From positions 1 to 34,334 of the forward strand of contig CAYLPF010000001.1 in assembly GCA_964385485.1 (NCBI GenBank): a stretch of DNA of 34,334 bases, given 5' to 3'. Positions within the stretch are counted from its first letter, which is position 1. Every line of letters starts with the position of its first letter. The notes beneath the pieces are model-generated. The model was not told where the DNA came from, searched no databases, and saw nothing but the letters and a program-made list of their open reading frames with translations. A program made the translations under genes and the position numbers. Below, in pieces: positions 18,214-27,010 of this stretch. The DNA comes from an uncultured Lachnospiraceae bacterium (GTDB taxonomy: Bacteria; Bacillota; Clostridia; Lachnospirales; Lachnospiraceae).

Positions 18214-18876
18214 ATGGGAAGGTATTCAGAGCGTTTCTGGATGAGAATACAGGAATATGAGAAGGATGAAATGAGAGACCGGATATCCCACAGCACATCC
18301 TATCACAGCTTTTTCCAGGGGTATTCGGAGCATCGTGTCCGGAGGAGAAATGGAAGGGGATACTGTATCGAACGGATCTACACGGCGGATTATTGCAAAT
18401 ACAGGGAATCCGATGCTTTGTGGAGATTCAGGAAAGCATATTATCTGATGGTCCTGGCGGCGGCGGTGACTGCTCTGATTGCAGGAGGAGTGAGCTGCTC
18501 AGAGCTGAACCGGACGAAAATCATTGGGATTGCGCAGATGCTGGAATGGATTCCGCTGGCATATCTGGCTTACTCTATGTTTTTTCAGCTGGAGGCTCCC
18601 CGCAGGATGACCATCGGGGATTACAAGGCATCTTCTGTTAAGCTGAAGTGGGGAGCCCTTATTGCCTCTGTTTATCTGGCCGGCGTTTTTCTGGTCATGG
18701 CTGCTGTAAAGCTTTCCGGCGGAAGCGTTTTTGAGGGCGGCGACAGGACAGCGCTGCTTGGGGAGGCGGTCGGCGCGGGGCTCTGCTTTCTGATTTTCCG
18801 GATGGAGCACAGGCGGGAGATTGAATGGGTCAAAAACGGCATACAGGTTCCGGCGGACGCGAATGAAATCTGGTAA
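18214..18876 (+). CDS. Uncharacterised membrane protein (about 4 TM), paralogue of 9048..9644
   Basis: ORF 18133..18876; ATG 18214 follows GGGAGGA. Motifs SYHSFFQGY, RIYTADY, IAQML, PRRMTIG. Confidence 0.8.
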   Translation: MGRYSERFWMRIQEYEKDEMRDRISHSTSYHSFFQGYSEHRVRRRNGRGYCIERIYTADYCKYRESDALWRFRKAYYLMVLAAAVTALIAGGVSCSELNRTKIIGIAQMLEWIPLAYLAYSMFFQLEAPRRMTIGDYKASSVKLKWGALIASVYLAGVFLVMAAVKLSGGSVFEGGDRTALLGEAVGAGLCFLIFRMEHRREIEWVKNGIQVPADANEIW

Positions 18877-18972
18877 TGAAGGGAATCAATACGGCTCTGC
18901 CGTAGTGATCATAAAGTAAATGAAAATCCGCGAAAGCGGCCAGTGAGAAATCTCACGAGAAAGGAGAAAAAC

Positions 18973-20616
18973 ATGAAAAGAAAAGTTGTATCAGTATTAT
19001 TAGCGGCAGCTATGGCTGGCTCTATGAGCTGTACTGCCCTTGCGGCAGACGACGCGGTTGCAATCGGCGGCGCAATCGGCGGCGCACAGGAAGAGACGGT
19101 TGATGTGTCTGCTTCTGCACAGCGGTCAAAAATTACGATGGATGCAGACCGCCTGAGCCTGAATCCGATGGGGCTTTGGGGCTCAGCGACAGAGGTTTAT
19201 TCCATATATGAAATGCTGTTCCAGGTATCCAATGGCCTTGGCAGCGAGATGGTGCCTGTTCTGGCAGATGGCAGCCGCGGAGAGTTTGGCGGGTATGATC
19301 ATGAGGCTGGTTCTGATGAGTATACCTTCTATATCCATGAAGGAATCCATGACCATGCCGGAAATCCCCTGACGGCAGATGATGTGGTTTTTTCTTTCCA
19401 GAAAACGCAGGAATATGGACAGACCTCCGGATGGAGCGTTGTGAAGAGCTGGGAAGCAATTGACGACACAACTGTTAAGATGACCTGCGAAAGGGAGTTG
19501 ATCAACAAGGGTGAGCTTGAAAATATTGTGATGCGCTGTTTTATGTTTACAGAGGCAGCGTATAATGCATCTGCATCTGAATTCAATTCGGATGCATGTG
19601 GCACAGGCCCGTACAAGCTGGCTGATTATGTAGAAGGCGCTTCGGTTTCTTTAATAAAGGATGACAATTACTGGGCGGCGGACAATGAGGATAAGCAGCG
19701 CTGCCAGTATGCGAATGTTGATGAGATTGATATTATCAACATTACAGAAGCTACACAGAAGGTTACCGCCCTGACAACAGGCACAACAGATATTTGCCAG
19801 GCGCTTCCGGCTGATTATATTGATCAGTTTTCAGCTGACGGACAGTATGGGGCGCAGTTCAATCTGGCGACAGCTCCGGCAAACGGTGTGTTCTATCTGG
19901 AAGCAAATGCAAATGAAGCAAGTCTTTGCAATGATGTAAATCTTCGTAAAGCAATTTTCTATGCAGTAGGTTCTGCGGAAATGTGTCAGGGACTTGGGGA
20001 AAATTCAAACAGCCCGGTTGCAACTTTGGGTACCAGTTGCTTCCCGGATTATAATCCGGAATGGGAAACCTGGGAGAATTATCAGACATCAGCAGCGGAT
20101 CCGGAAAAAGCAGCGGAATATCTTGCACAGAGCAGCTACAACGGGGAAGAGCTGGTGATCCTCTGTGAGTCCGGCGGTTCTGACAGTGCGGTACTTGTGC
20201 AGGCTCTTCTGCAGGCATCCGGTATCAGCGCTTCCATTTCCGCGCTTGAGAGAAACTCTCTGAATGCAGTATCTTCTGACCCGAATGAATGGGACCTGTA
20301 TATAAACAGTACACGTTCTTCTGATTATGTGGCAAACATCTGGTCCCATGTCATGAATGCCGATTCCTTTGCGACGGGAACCACGGAAGGCTTTTATGAC
20401 AGCGAAGAGTATCAGGATCTTCTGAAAGCAGCTGTAAGTGTAGACGCCACTACAGAAGATATGGACGCATTCTGGCAGTATACTGTGGATAACGCACTGA
20501 TTGAAGGCACCAACTGCAGTGTTACATATATTGCTTATCCGGCGGATGAGATCACAAGCCTGTGGCTGAATGATAAGTCTGTCGTTCTTCCGGGTACATT
20601 TGTGTACGCGGAATAG
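18973..20616 (+). CDS. Family-5 (Opp/Dpp-type) ABC substrate-binding protein, cassette 2
   Basis: RBS AAGGAG before ATG 18973; signal peptide; IYEML, LTADDVVFS, GTGPYK, NLRKAI, DPEKAAEYLAQSSY. Confidence 0.9.
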   Translation: MKRKVVSVLLAAAMAGSMSCTALAADDAVAIGGAIGGAQEETVDVSASAQRSKITMDADRLSLNPMGLWGSATEVYSIYEMLFQVSNGLGSEMVPVLADGSRGEFGGYDHEAGSDEYTFYIHEGIHDHAGNPLTADDVVFSFQKTQEYGQTSGWSVVKSWEAIDDTTVKMTCERELINKGELENIVMRCFMFTEAAYNASASEFNSDACGTGPYKLADYVEGASVSLIKDDNYWAADNEDKQRCQYANVDEIDIINITEATQKVTALTTGTTDICQALPADYIDQFSADGQYGAQFNLATAPANGVFYLEANANEASLCNDVNLRKAIFYAVGSAEMCQGLGENSNSPVATLGTSCFPDYNPEWETWENYQTSAADPEKAAEYLAQSSYNGEELVILCESGGSDSAVLVQALLQASGISASISALERNSLNAVSSDPNEWDLYINSTRSSDYVANIWSHVMNADSFATGTTEGFYDSEEYQDLLKAAVSVDATTEDMDAFWQYTVDNALIEGTNCSVTYIAYPADEITSLWLNDKSVVLPGTFVYAE

Positions 20617-20636
20617 AGAACGGTTAACTGTAGACC

Positions 20637-20672
20637 ACGGTTCCGGTCCGGAATATGGCCGGAGCCGTTTTT
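20637..20672 (+). terminator. Stem-loop with short T tract after substrate-binding protein gene 2 (partial terminator or 3' stabiliser)
   Basis: ACGGTTCCGGTC-N8-GGCCGGAGCCGT followed by TTTT. The next gene starts 15 nt later. Confidence 0.6.
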
Positions 20673-20686
20673 AGAAGGATAAAAAG

Positions 20687-21655
20687 ATGAGAAGATATAT
20701 CATTAAGAGACTTTTAGCGTTGATTGCTATTATGTTTTGTGTATCCGTGATTATTTTTACGATCATGTACTTCGTCCCTGGCGACCCGGCCCTTATTGTC
20801 CTTGGCTCCAGTTCTTCTGTGGCAGAGAGGGAGGCATACCGGAACGCACTGGGATTAGACGATCCATATCTGATACAACTGGGACGTTATCTGTATCAGA
20901 CGTTTATAAAACTGGATCTTGGCAATTCCTATATTACGAAAGCTCCAATTATCACAGAATTTGCACTGCGTGTGCCGCGGACCTTTATCCTTGGAATGAT
21001 CTGTCTGGTTATCAATGTGATCATTGGAATTCCTCTTGGCATTACCTGCGCACTGCATCAAAACAGCTGGATCGACCATCTGATCTCTGTATTGGCAATG
21101 ATCGGCGTTGCGATTCCCGGATTCTGGCTGGCTATGCTGATGGTACAGCTTTTCTCCCAGGAGCTTGGCTGGCTGCCGCCGATGGGAATTGATTCATGGA
21201 AATGCTGGATCATGCCGGTGATCGCAGGAGCCCTGGGTGGTATCGCAAATAATCTGCGGATGACACGAAGCGCTGTTCTGGAAACTGTCAGGGCAGATTT
21301 TGTTACAACAGCAAGGGCGAAAGGATTGGCTGAAAAAAAGGTGACGTATAAGCATATGCTTCCCAATGCGCTGATTCCGATCCTGAATCAGCTGGGCGGA
21401 CAGTTTGGAATGATTATTTCCGGTACAGTTGTGATCGAGACAGTATTTTCATTTCCCGGAGTAGGCACCTACATGCTCAGCGGTATCAGTAACCGGGACT
21501 ATCCGGTGGTTCGGGGATGTGTGCTGATCCTGGCGATTTTCTCCGCAGCAGCGGTGCTGCTGGTAGACCTTGCATATGGCCTGATCGATCCGCGGATCAA
21601 GGCACAGTATGTTTCTTACGCGGCAAAGAAGGGAGGCAGGAAAAGTGGAAAATAA
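20687..21655 (+). CDS. Opp/Dpp-family ABC permease (DppB-like), cassette 2
   Basis: PGDPA, LGLDDP, DFVTTARAKG, RDYP, DPRI. Confidence 0.92.
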   Translation: MRRYIIKRLLALIAIMFCVSVIIFTIMYFVPGDPALIVLGSSSSVAEREAYRNALGLDDPYLIQLGRYLYQTFIKLDLGNSYITKAPIITEFALRVPRTFILGMICLVINVIIGIPLGITCALHQNSWIDHLISVLAMIGVAIPGFWLAMLMVQLFSQELGWLPPMGIDSWKCWIMPVIAGALGGIANNLRMTRSAVLETVRADFVTTARAKGLAEKKVTYKHMLPNALIPILNQLGGQFGMIISGTVVIETVFSFPGVGTYMLSGISNRDYPVVRGCVLILAIFSAAAVLLVDLAYGLIDPRIKAQYVSYAAKKGGRKSGK

Positions 21656-22526
21656 TCAGGCTTCTCAAAAAAACAGGAGAAAAAAGCAGTCCAATCTTTC
21701 TATGATCTGGCACAGGCTGATGCAGGACAAAGTCGCAGTTGCGGGATTGGTTGTAATGATCGTATTGATCCTGGTCAGCGTTTTTGCACCTTTGCTTGCG
21801 CCTTATGATCCGTTTGCAATGGATCTGGCAGCTATGAAACAGGGACCTTCGCAGGCACATTGGTTTGGCACAGACAGTATGGGACGGGATGTTTTTTCCA
21901 GAATTCTGTATGGCGGAAGATATTCTCTGGCTCTTGGGTTTATTGGCTCAGTATTTACAGCCCTGATTGGTACAGTCTTTGGCACGGTTATCGGGTACAT
22001 CGGCGGCGCTTTTGATAATATCTGTATGCGTGTCTGCGACGTGTGGCAGGCAATTCCCGGACAGCTTCTGGCAATTGTGATTTCTACAGCGCTGGGACCG
22101 GGGTTTGTTAATACAATCCTGGCAATGTCTGTAGGCGGTATTCCAATGAGCATCCGAAGTACAAGGGCCATGTGCCTGAAGGAACGCGAAATGGAATACC
22201 TGGAAGCCGCGCAGTCCTATAACTGCAGCAAGACGAAAATCATGTTTAAGCATATGCTCCCTAACATCATTTCGCCGACCATCGTCGGTACGACAATGTC
22301 CGTCGGAGGGACTATTATGGGGGCGGCGGGGCTTTCTTTTATCGGGCTTGGTATCCAGCCGCCGACACCGGAGTGGGGAGCGATGCTTTCTGACGCAAGA
22401 AGCCTGGCGCTCCTGTATCCGCATATGATGATTTTCCCCGGTTTGCTGATTGCGGTTACAGTACTTGCAATTAATCTGTTTGGTGACGGGCTTCGTGACG
22501 CGATGGATCCCAAACTTAAGAAATAG
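21645..22526 (+). CDS. Opp/Dpp-family ABC permease (DppC-like), cassette 2
   Basis: GTG 21645 after GGAGG. GTDSMGRDVFSR, EYLEAA, LSFIGLGIQPPTPEWG, GDGLRDAMDP. Confidence 0.92.
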   Translation: MENNQASQKNRRKKQSNLSMIWHRLMQDKVAVAGLVVMIVLILVSVFAPLLAPYDPFAMDLAAMKQGPSQAHWFGTDSMGRDVFSRILYGGRYSLALGFIGSVFTALIGTVFGTVIGYIGGAFDNICMRVCDVWQAIPGQLLAIVISTALGPGFVNTILAMSVGGIPMSIRSTRAMCLKEREMEYLEAAQSYNCSKTKIMFKHMLPNIISPTIVGTTMSVGGTIMGAAGLSFIGLGIQPPTPEWGAMLSDARSLALLYPHMMIFPGLLIAVTVLAINLFGDGLRDAMDPKLKK

Positions 22527-22540
22527 GAAGGTTAGAGAAC

Positions 22541-23515
22541 ATGGAAAACAATAAGTATATTGAAGTGAAAGACCTTGTTGTTGAATATACCTCTGATGGA
22601 GATATCGTACAGGCAGTAAACGGAGTCAGCTTTTCTTTAAAGAAAGGGGAAACGCTTGGCCTGGTGGGAGAGACCGGTGCAGGAAAAACAACAATCGCCA
22701 AATCTATCCTCCGGATTCTTCCGGATCCGCCGGCAAAGGTGAAGGCGGGGCAGATCATGCTGGATGGAAAGGATTTGATGCAGATATCGGAAAAGGAGAT
22801 GCTTTCTATCCGGGGGAATAAAATTTCAATGATTTTTCAGGATCCAATGACTGCATTAAATCCGGTAATGTCTGTGGGAAGCCAGATCACAGAGGTAGTT
22901 TCTTTACATAATGATTTCACTGAAGCCGAGGCCAGGCAGCGGACTGTGGAAATGCTGGAAATGGTAGGGATCCCGGCAGAGCGTTACGTGGAATTCCCGC
23001 ATCAGTTTTCCGGTGGTATGAAACAGAGAGTGGTGATCGCGATGGCGTTGGCTTGTAATCCGGAGCTGCTGCTGGCAGATGAACCGACTACCGCCCTGGA
23101 CGTAACGATCCAGGCACAGGTTTTGGATATGATCAGAGAATTGCGTGAAAAGTTTCAGACGGCAATGATCTTGATCACACACGATCTTGGTATTGTCGCT
23201 GAAACCTGTGATAAGGTGGCAGTTGTCTATGCGGGCCACATTGTGGAAAGCGGCTCAAAGGAAGACATTTTCCGGCATGTGACGCATCCATATACCCAGG
23301 GATTATTTGATTCTATTCCCCAGATAAATGATGATTCGAGAAGACTGAAGCCAATTGAGGGTATGCCGCCGGATCCGACAAACCTGCCAAAGGGATGCGT
23401 ATTTGCACCGAGATGTAAGTTCGCATCAGAGGAATGCCGCAAGGGTGAGATACCGGCAGTTGAGATTACTCCAGGACATTTTTGCCAGTGCCTGAGAGCA
23501 AAAAAGGGGGTCTGA
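22541..23515 (+). CDS. Opp/Dpp-family ABC ATP-binding protein (DppD-like), cassette 2
   Basis: [28 protein letters not shown], Cys-rich tail. Confidence 0.93.
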   Translation: MENNKYIEVKDLVVEYTSDGDIVQAVNGVSFSLKKGETLGLVGETGAGKTTIAKSILRILPDPPAKVKAGQIMLDGKDLMQISEKEMLSIRGNKISMIFQDPMTALNPVMSVGSQITEVVSLHNDFTEAEARQRTVEMLEMVGIPAERYVEFPHQFSGGMKQRVVIAMALACNPELLLADEPTTALDVTIQAQVLDMIRELREKFQTAMILITHDLGIVAETCDKVAVVYAGHIVESGSKEDIFRHVTHPYTQGLFDSIPQINDDSRRLKPIEGMPPDPTNLPKGCVFAPRCKFASEECRKGEIPAVEITPGHFCQCLRAKKGV

Positions 23516-23518
23516 AAA

Positions 23519-24472
23519 ATGCCAGCCTTACTTGAAATTAAAAATCTGAAAAAGTATTTTTATGTTCCGGCAGGGACGAACCATGCAGTGGATGATATTA
23601 CGATGAAAATCGAAAAAGGAAAAACCATGGGGGTTGTCGGAGAATCGGGCTGCGGAAAATCCACACTGGGGCGAACGATCATCAAGCTTCATGAGGCAAC
23701 AGATGGACAGATACTGCTGAACGGGCAGGATATCACCAATGTAAAAGGCAGGGAACTTCGCAAGGTCCGTGAGAAAATGCAGATTATTTTTCAGGATCCA
23801 TATGCATCCCTGAATCCCCGGTATTCCATGGATGAGGTGATCCGTGAGCCGTTGAAGGAATCCCGGCGTTTTGACAGAAAGCAGATTGAAGAACGGGTCA
23901 ATGAGCTGATGGACCGTGTGGGGATTGAAGACAGACTCCGTTATGCGTATCCTCATGAACTGGATGGCGGCAGACGGCAGCGTGTCGGCATTGCCCGGGC
24001 GCTTGCGCTGAACCCGGATTTTATTATGTGCGATGAGCCGGTATCTGCATTGGATGTATCCATTCAGGCGCAGGTACTGAATCTGCTTATGGATCTGCAG
24101 GAGGAAAACAATCTGACTTATATGTTTGTGACGCATGATCTTTCTGTTGTACGTCATATTTCGGATAATATCAGCGTGATGTATCTGGGGCAGCTGGTAG
24201 AAACCAGCCCTGCAAAAAAGCTGTTTGAACGCCCGCTGCATCCATATACCAAGGCATTGCTTTCTGCGATTCCATCCACAGATATTGACCATCCGATGAA
24301 GCGGATCCTTTTAAAAGGGGAAATTACTTCCCCTATTAATCCACAGCCGGGATGCCGTTTCGCAAAGAGATGCCCATATGCAGCAAAAGCGTGTCTGGAG
24401 CCGCAAAAACTGGAAGAAATCGAGACAGGGCATTTTGTATCATGCTGCAGAGTAAAAGAAGTGAATGGTTGA
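23519..24472 (+). CDS. Opp/Dpp-family ABC ATP-binding protein (DppF-like), cassette 2
   Basis: [32 protein letters not shown], Cys-rich tail. Confidence 0.93.
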   Translation: MPALLEIKNLKKYFYVPAGTNHAVDDITMKIEKGKTMGVVGESGCGKSTLGRTIIKLHEATDGQILLNGQDITNVKGRELRKVREKMQIIFQDPYASLNPRYSMDEVIREPLKESRRFDRKQIEERVNELMDRVGIEDRLRYAYPHELDGGRRQRVGIARALALNPDFIMCDEPVSALDVSIQAQVLNLLMDLQEENNLTYMFVTHDLSVVRHISDNISVMYLGQLVETSPAKKLFERPLHPYTKALLSAIPSTDIDHPMKRILLKGEITSPINPQPGCRFAKRCPYAAKACLEPQKLEEIETGHFVSCCRVKEVNG

Positions 24473-24510
24473 GTGTAAAGCAATATTTTAAAAATGGAAA
24501 AACGGGGAGC

Positions 24511-24635
24511 GACATCCTGTTATACCAGGTATACTTCATATTTGCCGCAGGCAAATGTTTCGTATAACTGTATATACCGCGGCGAACAATTGGAAATGGC
24601 AGTTAATTTCACCCGGATGTCAATTCCCGGATGTC
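24511..24635 (+). promoter_or_regulatory. Repeat-rich putative control region of the redox operon
   Basis: Direct repeat CCCGGATGTC at 24612 and 24626; its reverse-complement core GACATCC at 24511. Palindrome ATTTGCC-GCA-GGCAAAT at 24540-24556. -10-like TATACT at 24530. Confidence 0.45.
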
Positions 24636-24654
24636 CATATGCAGGAGGAGAAAA

Positions 24655-26661
24655 ATGACAAATCAGGTCAACTTTAGCAATCGTGAATTTATATGGCCAT
24701 ATGAAATTAAATATGGAAAGGTTACACATGTGAATGTGGATGTCCTGGTGGTTGGCGGTGGCCTGGCGGGAAGCTGCGCCGCAATTGCTGCCGCCCGGAG
24801 AGGGGTAAAGGTGGCCGTAGCGGATAAAGCGCCGATTAAGCGAAGCGGATGCGGCGGCGCTGGTATGGATCACTGGAATAATCTTCTTTCTCATCCGAAT
24901 AGTCCCATGACCCCGGAAGAGAATTTGCAAAAGGGCAATACAAAGGGCCGTATGGGGCACCGTGATTATATTGCGGTAAAGGGCACATGGGAAGCCCTGA
25001 TGTATCTGAAAGAGATGGGATTGCCGATAGAAGCGGATCTGGATGATTTAAAGGGAGCGGCGACTATTGATGAGAGGACAGGGCTTTATAAAGCGTATGA
25101 TTATAGGGAACTGATTGCTGCGAAGCTGCGCGGCGGTCAGTATTTGAAGCCTGTACTGTACCAGGAAATGAAGAAACAAAAGGTACAGTTTTTTGAAAGG
25201 GTAATGATTAATAAAGTATTTACAGAGGAAAACAGGCAGGGCGCCCCGGTAACAGGCGCATCGGGGATCTCCCTGGAGACCGGAGAAATGTACGTGTTTC
25301 ATGCTCCGGCTGTGATTTTAACCTGTGGTTATTCCTGCACAATCTGGACAAACAATCTGGAAATGACAGGCAATAGCTGGCGCTGGGATCCGAATGAAAT
25401 CGGAGAAGGGCTTGCGATGGCATGGGATGTGGGAGCAGAGATAGATGGTATGTACAAAAATGGGAAAGAAGGAAATCCTTCTCCATTTGCATGGCCCAGA
25501 TTTGGTGTGGGAAATCCGCATAATACATGGTTTCCCTGCACAATTGTTGATAATAATGGGAAAGAAATTCCCTGGGAAGATATAGATGGAAATATTCTAA
25601 ACTCTGTTGAACAGAGAAATCTGCCGACAGCTACGCAGGAATACTGTGGCTCTACTATCAGTGATGTTTATAAACATGCGAAAAGCCCGGGACTGATCCA
25701 TGATCTCCCACAGCGTATTCGGGACGGTGAGTTTGAGCTTCCGTTCTGGGCGGATCTGGCAGGTATGCCGGAGGCGGAACGCCGCAGTATCTGGGGAATG
25801 ATGATCGGCAATGAAGGGAAGACAAGGTATACGGTCTTTGATCTGTATACAAGAGCTGGCTTTAATCCAGATCAGGATATGTTAATGGCGCCGGTCATGA
25901 CACCGGAAGGCTATAACAATGGCGGATGGTTTCACGGAGCCCCGGATGCATGTAAAAGCTGGCGAAGCGAGTCTTTTGGAATGCAGGCGCAGCCGGCAGT
26001 GGATTGGAACCTGATGACGACGGTGCCGGGTCTGTTTGCCGCAGGAGCAAACAGCGGTCTGGAGGGGAGCTCTTATGCGTGTTCTTCCGGGTTTTATGTG
26101 GGAAACCGGGCAGCAGAATTTTCGTCAGATAAGGTTCCAAAGGCGATTACAGAAGAAGAAATAAAAAAGACTGCATCCCACAATTATGCGCCCATAAAAC
26201 GCTTTACAGAAAACCCGGAGGAAAATTTCATTTCATGGAAGGAATTGTGGGCCGGATCGGCACGTGTGATGCAGCAGTGCTGCGCAGAGTATAAAACCTC
26301 TCCGATTCTTGAACAGGGATTAAAGTGGATTGCATCCATACGAAAAAATGAGGCTACGCATACTTTTGCCAGAAATCCACATGAGTTGGCAAGAGTGTTG
26401 GAGTGTGATACAAGGCTCACTATTTCAGAGATGTATCTTCATGGGTGTAAAGTGAAAGCAGAGGCGGATGAGCAGAGTCTGCCAGATGACACTTATATAT
26501 TCTGCAGTCAAAGGGATGGCCGGATGAGGATCCGATATGAGCAGACGCAGTATTGGCTGAAAGCGCCCTGGAGCAATTCTTATCTCGAAAATTATGAAGC
26601 ATGCCGTACTGGTGAAAGAGAAAAATATGATCTGAAAAAGGAGGAAGCACAAAATGAGTAA
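24655..26661 (+). CDS. FAD-dependent oxidoreductase, APS-reductase-alpha (AprA)/fumarate reductase flavoprotein superfamily, substrate unknown
   Basis: DVLVVGGGLAG Rossmann motif, DKAPIKRSG, AVILTCG, G.GLAMAW..GAE, MTTVPGLFAAG and a helical C-terminal domain. RBS AGGAGG before ATG 24655. Confidence 0.85.
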   Translation: MTNQVNFSNREFIWPYEIKYGKVTHVNVDVLVVGGGLAGSCAAIAAARRGVKVAVADKAPIKRSGCGGAGMDHWNNLLSHPNSPMTPEENLQKGNTKGRMGHRDYIAVKGTWEALMYLKEMGLPIEADLDDLKGAATIDERTGLYKAYDYRELIAAKLRGGQYLKPVLYQEMKKQKVQFFERVMINKVFTEENRQGAPVTGASGISLETGEMYVFHAPAVILTCGYSCTIWTNNLEMTGNSWRWDPNEIGEGLAMAWDVGAEIDGMYKNGKEGNPSPFAWPRFGVGNPHNTWFPCTIVDNNGKEIPWEDIDGNILNSVEQRNLPTATQEYCGSTISDVYKHAKSPGLIHDLPQRIRDGEFELPFWADLAGMPEAERRSIWGMMIGNEGKTRYTVFDLYTRAGFNPDQDMLMAPVMTPEGYNNGGWFHGAPDACKSWRSESFGMQAQPAVDWNLMTTVPGLFAAGANSGLEGSSYACSSGFYVGNRAAEFSSDKVPKAITEEEIKKTASHNYAPIKRFTENPEENFISWKELWAGSARVMQQCCAEYKTSPILEQGLKWIASIRKNEATHTFARNPHELARVLECDTRLTISEMYLHGCKVKAEADEQSLPDDTYIFCSQRDGRMRIRYEQTQYWLKAPWSNSYLENYEACRTGEREKYDLKKEEAQNE

Positions 26662-27010
26662 TGCGTTTGTTTATACAAATCCAACGGGTCCTACGAGAGC
26701 AGTCACAATTGACGCTTCCAGATGTGTAGGATGTAACGCATGTGCAAATATTTGCCGGATTCAAACTATTTTGCCGAATCATATAGCAGGAGAGCCTCCG
26801 GTGGTGGCCTATCCTGACGAATGCTGGTATTGTGGCTGCTGCGTGGAAGTCTGCAGAACCGGAGCGCTGAAGATGAATCTGCCGATTAACCAACGTATTT
26901 TTTTCAAAAGGAAAGAGACAGGCGAGGTATTTCGCATCGGAGCGGTGGAGAGCCCGCAGAAGAGCTATTTTGTTCCGCCTTATGGATGGAGAAAGGAGAA
27001 GAACCGATGA
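26654..27010 (+). CDS. 2x[4Fe-4S] ferredoxin, AprB-like beta subunit
   Basis: CVGCNACANIC and PDECWYCGCCVEVC motifs plus a C-terminal tail. Overlaps the flavoprotein stop. Confidence 0.88.
   Translation: MSNAFVYTNPTGPTRAVTIDASRCVGCNACANICRIQTILPNHIAGEPPVVAYPDECWYCGCCVEVCRTGALKMNLPINQRIFFKRKETGEVFRIGAVESPQKSYFVPPYGWRKEKNR

Noticed and set aside
19060-19086. 12-bp tandem repeat GCAATCGGCGGC (AIGGAIGGA) as a phase-variation tract
   Set aside because: In frame, only about two copies, and in a low-complexity linker.
24491-24535. Fourth copy of the TGGAAA operator before the redox operon
   Set aside because: Only a single half-site at 24495 with no partner at 19 nt, and TATACT lies 35 rather than 39 nt away.
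24655-27010. True aprAB indicating sulfate reduction, or sdhA/frdA
   Set aside because: Diagnostic motifs diverge, and there is no sat, qmo, dsr or membrane anchor in the window; symbols were withheld.
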